32,000 nt of DNA from assembly GCA_965227835.1 (NCBI GenBank), contig OZ245768.1, positions 1,410,001-1,442,000 on the forward strand, read 5' to 3'. Shown in pieces: positions 23,218-32,000 of the stretch. How positions within the stretch are numbered: position 1 is the stretch's first letter; each line of letters starts with the position of its first letter. Position numbers and translations under genes: made by a program. A model generated the notes under the pieces. That model worked only from the letters and a program-made list of their open reading frames with translations. It did no database searches and was not told the origin of the DNA. This stretch comes from Candidatus Saccharimonadota bacterium. GTDB lineage: Bacteria; Patescibacteriota; Gracilibacteria; BD1-5; UBA6164.

Positions 23218-23305
23218 CTTTCTAATAGGTGAATTGTGCCTAAATTTGGAAATTATACCTAAAAAAAGGCATAATTCATAGAAATTATCTTATATATTCT
23301 TCAAA

Positions 23306-23336
23306 AAAAGTGATTTTTATTCAAAATCACTTTTTT
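23306..23336 (+). terminator. Intrinsic terminator inside the right end of the IS
   Basis: AAAAGTGATTTT (23306-23317) and AAAATCACTTTT (23323-23334) form a perfect 12-bp stem with loop TATTC, followed by a T-run. Confidence 0.6.
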
Positions 23337-25643
23337 CTTGTTCTTTTCAACAATATTGCAGAGGTCCCTATAATTTTTCTGATGTTCAATAAAATCTTTC
23401 TGTGAAAGTTCGGTAGGTATATCTGTAAAAACCATTGCTTCTGAATACTTTCCTGGATTTTGGAGATAGCTATCTATATCAAAAACAGTTCCATCATCAT
23501 AGTGAAGAGCAAGTCTAATATTCCCTTCCGGTGTTCTTTTTCACTCAAGTTTAAATCAAACAGATTTTTGTCATACATCTGCATAATATAGACTAGTATC
23601 AATACCATATTCATCAAGTGAAGCAGATACTCATTCACTGTAAAGTTGGCTTATACGTATTTCCTGATTTCTCTCTTTAAAAATATTTTCTAAGCTGATT
23701 TTCACTACATCACCTTCTGCTTTTGGGAGAGTTTTTATATTATCTCTGATTTTCAAGACAAGTGGATCAGAACTCTCTATAGAACTCAAAACCGTACTAT
23801 CGTTTATGCTGGCAATTACTCTCTGAATAGATGCTATTTCTGTATGAATTTCTGTGATTTTTTCTTCTATTTCTTTTTGCCTCTTTTGATTTCAAGATTT
23901 ACGTACCTGTTCAACCACACTCATACGTGCCTGAATCATATCATCAAGACGTTTTAACTGAGTTTTTTTCTCGTCTAAATCAAAAAAATCTATTATTTTT
24001 AGGGTCTCTTTATAAATATCAGTATCATACACCGATGTAATTTGTGGTAGGTAGTTAATTGCAGAAAAATATGATTGAATTTTTACAAAATAGTCTTCCA
24101 AAGAAGCCAAAACTCATGCAGAGTTTGCACTACGAATATCAGAAATATTGGATGATATTTCTCCAGAAATAGTAGATATTTCTGTATCCAACTTCACATC
24201 CACATCAGGTATTTGCGATCTATTTTTTTCTATCTCAGTAAGTTTTGTTTGTAAATGAATTAGTTTTGTAAATTTTATTCTTTCATCTTGTTCTCAGCTT
24301 ATATCTTGTAAATCATTTCTCAGTTTTTGAATATCTGATTTTACTTTTTGTAAGAGTATAGAAAAACACTTTTTTTCTATTTTTGATTTTATACCGTCCG
24401 TGATACCAGGTACAGACATAACTAAGGGATGTTGTTGTATTTGCACAAAAAGTTTTTGTACCATATCAATATCTTCTATATCTTGAGCTTCTTCAAAAAC
24501 TTGTCTAAAGCTAGACTCTCAAACTGGGATATTCCAAATTTCTTCTATAATTTCAGCATGTAATGTTTCTCAAGGATGAGTATTTTCGTCCATATCCGGT
24601 GTAAGTTTGAGTCATCATTGTTCTAGAACTTCTATAAGTTTTTGAGCTGTAGTATCTTGTACTCTAATAATATTTGTTGAGTTATCTTGAATGGTCAGTG
24701 TATGATTATCCACATATCCTCTTGGGAGGCTATTTGTTAAGATAGTTATAATTCTCAAATATCCATCTTTGTCTTTACAAAATAATTTTCCCTCTTTATG
24801 GCTCATATAAATAATTTCTTCAATATCATCATATGCTTCTTGTACTTCTTGTAGTGTGGCTCTGTTAATTATCCTGAGCTTTGAAATTCCTTCATTTTGT
24901 GTAATAATGAAATAGAAATTATTATTTATATCTGTAGAAATATGCGTAATATTTCCATATTCAGATAAATCATAAATTTCCTTTTCAGGAGTACAAGAAT
25001 CTTTATCATAGCTATAGTAACGAAGTTTGTTATTTTTTAATACAGCAATTTTATTATCATCAGCTATGCAGTATCAATAAGCAGAAACAGAATGAAACTT
25101 ATTTTCTACTTTTATTTTTAATAATCATCAATCATAAGTAATAGCTTCTTTTTTCAGCATATCTGCTTTAACCTTATTTAACTCATCTTCATTTGTTATT
25201 TTTAAGGCTTCTAATCAGTTACTGAGATACTTATCAAAATCTCCATAAAATAGATTTTCTCCATCGTCTCTAATGATTATACTAGAACCTAATTTTGATA
25301 CATATTTTACCTTAAATAAAGGTATTCATATATTTCTTAAATCATTGATTTTTTGAAAAGATCAAGAATCAAGGGAAAATCATTGATTTTTCAAATTATA
25401 AATGAATGTTGATAACTTTTCAGGTATGTATAAATAATCATCAAGAGAATTACCAGTTTCAAATCATAATTCTATAAGTTTATTCTTACTCAATCATTGA
25501 ACAATTGATAAATCAGATAAAAACTTCATTTTATCATCTCTATCAACTATAGGAAGCATATCAATAGAAAAACTTCCTCATGATTTATTAGATTCTTTAT
25601 CTCAATCTATTTCTGACATAGCTACTTTTTTAAAATATAAAGT

Positions 25644-28205
25644 TTATTTTGTGTATTTACGAATAATATTTCGTAAACCTGTATTATATGATCATATCAG
25701 TTTTTGTTTTAATTGTCATATATCCGGCACTATAATGGTTCATCCTTTTTGCTCATTTCAAAAATATCACTCTAACTCTGTTTTATCTTGGTTAGATCAT
25801 CCAATATAATAGGCTGTGAGACCATATCATTTATTGCGTATTTCATTTATAAGAGACTTGAGTCATTCTCATTTAAGCCCTGAAATAGGTGTTCCATCTC
25901 CTATGAAGGAAATATTTCAAAATGATTGTTTTTTTGTCTTTTTTTTATAATCTTCTAGTTTTCATAGTGTATATGCTAGAGGTTGTCCTATGTCTGTTCC
26001 TCAGCTATTTTGTAGAGCTCTCATAAGACGAGATGGTACAGTGTTGAGCCTTTTATCTGTAAATACTTCTCCAAAAGCCATGACCTCTTCTATATTATCG
26101 TCAAAGAAAAGAATATTAAATTCTACTTTAAAATGTTCAAGTACTTTTGCTCTTATAATTGCAGCCTTTACTGATTCTCTTATGGGAGAATTCAGATCAT
26201 GAAAATTCCCCATACTTCCACTCCTATCTATTATGATACTCTCAAACATATTGATTTCATTTGATTCACGAACCTGTTTATCTCTCCTAAATACATTAGG
26301 GTCTCAAGTCAAAGTATGTTCAATCAATTTTCCTGTACTACCGATGCGAGGACCACTACGATGATAATTTTGTTTGTCTTGGATTGTATGATATTTTTTT
26401 GGAAGTATTCTTTCAAGAGCTTTTATTTGTGATCTTAACTCTGGTTCAATCTCTTTTTCAAGATCCTGATAGGTTTGAAAAAGATGAAGTTCATTATCTT
26501 TAAATCCCATTCTTTCCATTTTAGATTTTTGACGTTTTTTCTCTTCTTCTATTTTTTTTCTTACTACATCAGCATATTCAGAGAGCTTCTTTTTATAATC
26601 TTCATTTAGTAGAGAGTTTTTTTCTAACATCTCTATTTCTGATTCATCTGTTGCATTTTCTATTTCTTTTTTTTCTTGATCTAATATTTTACTATTTCAA
26701 ATATCCTGAATCATATCTTTTGCAAAATCTGAAAGTTTGGTATTATCAAGTATATTTTTAATATCTTCTTTTGACTCGGATTGCTCAAGTTTTTCTATGG
26801 TATCTTTGAGTTCTTCAGCTTGTTTTGATAGTGAGTCTTCTCTTGCTTGTTCTATAAGTTCTTCTAGTGCCTCTATTGGAGACTTTGATGGAGCTTCTGA
26901 TTCTTGTCATTGTGAGTCATTTCATTCTTGAGAACTAGATTCTCATTCTTGTCATTTTGCTTCTTGTAAAGGTTCAGATAATTCTCCCTTATCTCACTCA
27001 CTATTTCAAGAATCACTTGATTCACCTGGTTCCAGGGACTCATTCTCTTTAGAAGAATTATCTCATTGTTCAGAGACACTTTCAGAGTTATTGTTGTCTT
27101 GAGAGTTTCAAGTATTATCACTTTCTTCTTTCACTTGAGGAGTTGCATCTATATGAATCCACTTCTGAGTATCTTCATCCCAAAATTCATTCCAAGCATG
27201 ACCATTATTAGAACCAAGCAGACTTTTTCATCCATCTGTTTCTTGTGACATATGTCCTGTTACTACTCTACAAGGAATTCAAAGCTGTCTACAAAGACCT
27301 GCAAAAAGAGATGCTGCAGAAAAACAATCTAGTACCGGTGAAGCATCTAAGTTTGTAATATAGTTTCTCTTATTAGATTTTTTATGAAGAGATCATTGCT
27401 TTGTTGTTGAATATTTCTTTGTACTTATGATATGCTTTTTGATTTGTGTTGCAGTATCTTTTGATGATACTGGTTTCAAAGAGTTTAAGAGATTTTGAGT
27501 TTCTGATGAAAGTTTATCAAATATTATTTTTTCACTATCTTCTTTTATTGGGTCAAGTGGTGTAATATTTTGGTTTTGATAAAATATAAAACTTACATAT
27601 TGTTTTTCCTGACATTGTATATATATACAGTTATTCTGATCTTTTTTAAATAAAGGAGGATATTTTCCATTGTATACAATGCTACTTATATCAGGTATAG
27701 AACCATTTGGAAGGGGAATAGTAACAAGTCCAGCAGGCATAACTCAAGCATATGTGTATTTTCTTTGTGTTTTATCAATACTATCATTTATGTCTCAGAG
27801 TTGCTTTTTTTTTGCCCAAAGATTTGTATTTGAATCGAAATAAGAATTTCTTCCAGAGACATAGTATCACTTATAGTGTGGATGTATTTCTGCAAACCTG
27901 GGAGAAGCTCACATTGACTCTCAAAATTCTGAGTCTTTTGGAATATACTCATCTTCATCTTGAAAATGCTGTTCTTGTTTTGGAGTATTTGAATCTTGAT
28001 TTCACGAATTTTTTGGTGTATGAGAATCATCTTTCATAGATGCTTCTTTATTCTCATCTTGAGGAATAACTTCTTCAACTCTATTTTTTGTCTCTTTTTC
28101 AATTCTTTCTTTCTTTTTTCTTATAAGACTTAAAATAAACTCTTTAACATTTGAAAGAGATTCTTTGAATTTATTTGAAGAATTTATATTGTTTTTGCTA
28201 TTCAT
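25644..28205 (-). CDS. Fusion protein: transglutaminase-like cysteine protease core, acidic low-complexity linker, coiled coil, and C-terminal von Willebrand factor A (MIDAS) domain, 853 aa
   Basis: The frame was verified continuous from the ATG at 28203-28205 to the TAA at 25644-25646, merging four track ORFs. Transglutaminase triad context: LDCFSAASLFAGLCRQLGIPCRVVTGH .. NGHAWNEFWDEDTQKWIHIDAT. vWA MIDAS motifs: IIIDRSGSM .. SGGTDIG .. FIGDGTP. The N-terminus is hydrophilic and I see no signal peptide. Confidence 0.85.
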
Positions 28206-28398
28206 GTATGTATCATAGCATATTTTTTATAAATTCTCAAAATATTGATATTATAAATATTTTTTATTTCTTTTATACTATAGTAAACTAGGTTACAAAT
28301 TGTTTTACTGTGTATATAGATAAATAACAAGAAAAATTAAAAGAATCCTTAGTTTTAAACAATGGAATTTTTCACAAAAGAAGAATACTCCAACAAGA

Positions 28399-28464
28399 GC
28401 AAATGGCTAAAGCCATCTGTTGAAGAAGATATAAGAACAAAGATCTAAAGCTCTTTGTTGAAAG
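28399..28464 (+). repeat. Two tandem copies (38-bp spacing) of the same hairpin repeat family
   Basis: GCAAATGGCTAAAGCCATCTGTTGAAG (from 28399) and CAAAGATCTAAAGCTCTTTGTTGAAAG (from 28438). They share the loop TAAA, the stem architecture and the TGTTGA tail with the arrays at 8155 and 17205. Confidence 0.65.
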
Positions 28465-28501
28465 ATTTTTCAGTCTTTTCTTAAAGTATCTTTTTAATTT
28501 C

Positions 28502-29794
28502 CTAATCTCTTATAAGTATTTGATCATTCAATTGCTTTAGCCTTTCTCATATGGCTTTTCATTTTAAATTAGGATATTTTTCCAAAATATCATTTCAAGT
28601 AAAAAATTTTTTTGTGGGGAGAATTTCTTTAAATTCTTTGTATATGTATACGATTTCTTCAAATCATTCTGTTTTTTGAGGTATCCTTCATTTGGTATCA
28701 GCTTCTCAAACTAATAAAAGATCTTCAAAATCTCTATCCATCATCAATTTTCTAGCTTTTAGTTTTCTCATATTTGCAATTTTAAATACTCGCAAGTGTT
28801 CTTTTATAATAAAATAAATAGTTCTACCAAAGTTGTTTGAAAATCTAAGCCTTTCTACCAAATCATTTTTAAACATTTCTGCTCATATTGTTTCATGTTT
28901 ATAATAATGTGTTTCTCAATCTTCTCATATGCTAAAAGTTGGAGCTTTTCATATATCATGAAGTAATATTGCCCATATGAGCATCAATTTTCTCTGTCAG
29001 TTTATTTTTTCTCTTTTTACTATTCCGTTCATTTCTAAAACACACATTTTGGTATGAGTCCATACATCTCATTCTAAATGATGTTTATTCCCAGGAAACT
29101 TATCAAGGCAATCAAGTTCGGGGATTATAGTTTCTATAAATCAAATCTTTTTTAAATCTTCCAAAGCTTCCACATTGTTTCAATCCAAAAGAATTTTATC
29201 AAGTTCTTGTCTAATTCTTTCAATTGGTATATTTTTTAATATTTTTATATGTTTTTTTATTATTTTCCAGTATCCCTCATCTGCGACTTTGAAGTTGTAT
29301 TTGTTTTTAAATCTAATAAATCTAAGTATTCTTAGGGCATCTTCTTTTATTCTATCTTCTATATTTCATACAAAACGAATAACTCAAGCTTTAATATCAT
29401 TTATACCTCATGTGGGATCAATAAACTCTCTAAGTTCAGGGTTATAATAAATAGCATTACAAGTAAAATCTCTTCTTAGGGCATCTTGTTCAAGAGAATC
29501 TGTAAATTCCACTTCGGCAGGTTTTCTATGATTTACACTTCCTATGTCTTTTCTAAAAGTTGTTATTTCAAATGATTCATCTCATTCAAGTACTATACAG
29601 GTACCATATTTCTTACCAACTTCTCAAGTAACTTCTAAAACTTTTTTAACTTCATCAGGTGTGGAGTTGGTAACTATATCTATATCTCAGCTATTTTCAT
29701 TTCATAAAATCTTTTCACGACAAAATCCTCCAACTATGTAGAATTCTTTGTCTATTTTTTTAAGTTTGTTTTGTATTGATAGTATGTTTTTCAT
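28502..29794 (-). CDS. cca: CCA-adding enzyme (tRNA nucleotidyltransferase with HD domain), 430 aa
   Basis: Translation gives ..FYIVGGFCREKILG..SGDIDIVT..YGTCIV..TTFRKD..DALRRDFTCNAIYY..GGINDI..IRFVGN..EDALRILRFIRF.. followed by an HD region ..LLHDIGK... The frame was checked line by line for TAA/TAG. TAG stop at 28502-28504. Confidence 0.85.
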
Positions 29795-29878
29795 TTTAGA
29801 GGGGTTTTGTAAGAGGATTAATTCAGATTAATTTTTAATAGTTAATTATATATTTGATATAAAAATTTATGTATTATT

Positions 29879-32000
29879 TTATTTTTTTGGTATTTTTTTA
29901 CAAAACTTTCAATTTGTATCAATAAATCACCATTCTTTACCTTTTTTAACTATAGCAAAACCTTCATTAAAATCTCATACATAATCATAAACTAATTCTC
30001 AAATTTCATTTCAATCTGTATCAATAAATCACCGTTTTTCAGCTTTTTCAACTCTGGCAAAACCTTCATTAAAATCTCATACATCATCATAAACTAATTC
30101 TCAAATTTCTTTTCAATTTGTATCAATAAATCACCGTTTATCACCTTTTTCAACTTGAGCAAAACCTTCGTTAAAATGTCATACATCATCATAAACTAAT
30201 TCTCAAATTTCATTTCAATCTGTATCAATAAATCACTGTTTTTTACCTTTTTTAACTGGAGCAAAACCTCCGTTAAATTCATATACATAATCATAAAAAT
30301 TTGGAAATTCTTTTCAATTTGTATCAATAAATCACCATTTTTTACCTTTTTTAACTTGAGCAAAACCTTCTCTAAATTCATATACATAATCATAAAAATT
30401 TGGAAATTCTTTTCAATCTGTATCAATAAATCACCGTTTTTCATCTTTTTTAACTTGAGCAAAACCTTCATTAAAATCTCATACATAATCATAAACTAAT
30501 TCTCAAATTTTATTTCAATCTATATCAATAAATCACCGTTTTTCATCTTTTTTAACTCTAGCAAAACCTTCTTTAAAATCGTCTATATAATCATAAAAAT
30601 TTGAAATTAATTTTCATTCTTTATTAATGATTCAGTAAATATCATCCTTTTTCCCAATTGCAACTCCATCTTTATATTGTCATGTTCTATCCCAAAAATA
30701 TTCTGATTCAATTCAATCTCAATCTCTATCAACAAACCAATATCCTCAATCCCTTTCTATACATACAAATTTTTCTCCTTCCTTAAACTTTTTTAATACT
30801 TCATCTCCAAACATATTTCTAATATCTTTATCATTTCCAAGTTTCTTTAAATCAGCTTCTATTTCCATTCCAACAGCTTCAAATTTTTCCAAGAAATATC
30901 ATCATAAATCATTTACAAAATCTATAAAAGGTTCTTCAAATCCTGAGGCCCAACCTAACTTTGCTAAAGAATCTATATCCTCTTTAGGGATTTCAAAATC
31001 TTTTTTTCACTCCATATCCTCCAACAATCTATTAGCAATAACCCCTATCTCATACCGATTTTCATTTCAATCATTTTTAACTGAAGACTTTGCTAAATAT
31101 TGTAAGAATTCTTCTTGCTTTTTAGTATTATCTGAAAAATCTATCTCATCTAGCTTTCTAATTTCATAAGGATCTAGGTTTGCCAAATCATAGGGATCAA
31201 TAAATTTTGTTCCAGAATCTTTAAAAATATCATTATCAGACATAATATTTCTATCCAAATCAGTTCTATCAACATCAATCATCCTATCTTCAAGCAATCA
31301 AATATCAGATTTTATAATTAATCAATTTTGAGAAAAAATTTTAATCAAAAGTAATCTATCAATAGTAGGATAGGCAGGGTTTGATAAGAAATCAGCAATT
31401 TTTATTTTTATAAACTTTTTAAAATCAAATTGAGACCCCCTAAATCCATTAAACAAAGAAACAAATTTTCAAATTTCAAGGATAGCTTTTTGCAAATGAA
31501 CTCAAGATTTATCAGATAATCCCAAAGAAATTTTCAGTTCAGATCATTTTCATAAATAACTATCTTCTATCTCTTTCAAAGCTTTAACAAGATTATAAAG
31601 AATTCAATCTTTTCACAGTTCTTCTTTACTTAATCAATATATATAACCTTGGGATTCCATCATATGAATTAGAGCCAAATCATAGGCTTCATTATTATTT
31701 AAATAAGATACTTGTATTCAACTAAATAATCTAAGTATAGCAGGATCTATTTCCTCTCTATCAGGGTGTTTTTCTGATTTAATATTTGCAGTAGCAATTA
31801 TTCAAGTAGAATGTAGGGTAATTCTACTATTAGAATCTTCTTGAGGGGCATATTGGCTTCACGATTTTAGAGTAAAAAGATGCTTTACCCTCATAATAAC
31901 ATCATTAGGAATCAAATCTATTTCATCAATAATAGGAACTTTTCATTCAACAAAAGCCTTTAACAATTTTCAAAGTTCAGTAGTGGTTTCTATTTCTCAT
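29879..32000 (-). CDS. AAA_5-like ATPase with C-terminal WG (KWG-type) beta repeats; the N-terminus lies beyond the window end
   Basis: The minus frame has no TAA/TAG from 32000 down to the TAA at 29879-29881 (checked line by line). At the window edge it reads ..KVPIIDEIDLIPNDVIMRVKHLF..GIIATANI..EIDPAILRLFSG..NNNEAYDLAL, colinear with the Walker B to lid region of paralog A. The C-terminal 250 aa are repeats such as GFAQVKKDEKRGFIDTDGNEIGELVYDYVGDFNE and KEWGFIDTNGK. Confidence 0.75.
29885..30640 (-). repeat. Seven in-frame tandem 99/102-bp repeats encoding WG repeats
   Basis: The motif TATCAATAAATCAC recurs at 29917, 30019, 30121, 30223, 30322, 30421 and 30523 (spacings 102, 102, 102, 99, 99, 102). 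Neighbouring units are highly similar at the nucleotide level. Confidence 0.8.

Larger units (their letters stand above)
22163..23368 (+). mobile_element. IS5-family insertion sequence (1206 bp) flanked by a TATA duplication
   Basis: Perfect 13-bp terminal inverted repeats GGGACCTCTGCAA (22163-22175) and TTGCAGAGGTCCC (23356-23368). TATA sits on both flanks (22159-22162 and 23369-23372), whereas the paralog alignment predicts a single TATA in the uninterrupted target. The element carries a single transposase ORF. Confidence 0.85.
21020..25619 (-). pseudogene. Giant AAA_5-like protein, paralog B, interrupted by an IS5-family insertion
   Basis: The N-terminal part runs from 25619 down to 23373 in one frame, and the C-terminal part from 22162 down to 21020 in another. 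Removing the 1206-bp IS plus one TATA restores ..HQKNYSFWKIKGRKQYEEMRKRM.., colinear with paralog A ..HQRDYNFWLDRGKKQYEEMRKRM.., giving a 1129-aa ORF. As it stands, the N-terminal reading frame runs into the IS and stops at the TAG at 23259-23261. Confidence 0.8.

Noticed and set aside
26873-27121. Track ORFs 26873-27121 and 27788-28030 (minus strand) as separate genes.
   Set aside because: They are in a different frame from the continuous 25644-28205 ORF that carries the transglutaminase and vWA motifs. They fall in its low-complexity and N-terminal regions, so they are overlapping-frame artefacts.
29885-30640. Non-coding minisatellite or CRISPR-like tandem repeat downstream of cca.
   Set aside because: The 99/102-bp units are multiples of three. 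In the one minus-strand frame that stays open for more than 2 kb they encode canonical WG repeats (G-F-A-x-V-K-K-x-x-K-W/R-G-F-I-D-x-x-G).
1-32000. Interpretation as code 4 (TGA = Trp), or as a decayed genome full of TGA-truncated pseudogenes.
   Set aside because: TGA coincides with invariant Gly in Walker A loops, the PncA GIATD block, the ARH GGDTDS block and the transposase GRP block, not with Trp. Normal TGG Trp codons are also present (for example LWPDH and HAWNEFW). Every gene is perfectly open apart from TGA, which is incompatible with random decay.

Overview
Strongly AT-rich bacterial window that only makes sense under genetic code 25 (TGA = Gly, as in Gracilibacteria/BD1-5 and Absconditabacteria/SR1). 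The supplied standard-code ORF track is therefore fragmented. TGA repeatedly falls on invariant glycines, for example Walker A G-P-T-G-S-G-K in two PilB/GspE ATPases and G-L-G-K-T in AAA+ ATPases. Reading TGA as sense joins the short ORFs into long genes that stop only at TAA or TAG. By hand translation I find, in order: (1) a minus-strand NAD salvage cluster at 1-4744 (nadE 5' part, ADP-ribosylglycohydrolase, pncB, unknown, pncA); (2) a 422-aa protein resembling major vault protein repeats plus an SPFH-like shoulder; (3) a PilB/GspE ATPase; (4) an array of five ~37-bp hairpin repeats; (5) yebC; (6) a SAM-decarboxylase-like gene and a zinc-ribbon unknown; (7) a polytopic histidine kinase with an OmpR-type regulator; (8) two membrane-anchored unknowns; (9) a second PilB/GspE ATPase. 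The most unusual block is 17365-28205, all on the minus strand. It holds an 853-aa fusion of a transglutaminase core, an acidic linker, a coiled coil and a vWA/MIDAS domain. This is followed by two tandem paralogous giant proteins of about 1130 aa (unknown N-domain, long helical region, C-terminal MoxR/AAA_5-like ATPase). The upstream paralog is split by an IS5-family element whose own transposase needs TGA = Gly. The downstream paralog is preceded by a dead copy of the vWA gene 3' end. The two paralogs share a 242-bp perfectly identical tract, consistent with gene conversion. The window ends with cca and a third AAA_5-like gene that carries seven tandem WG repeats and runs off the window end. 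No rRNA, tRNA or CRISPR array was seen. All calls come from manual translation and remembered family motifs; nothing was searched against a database.
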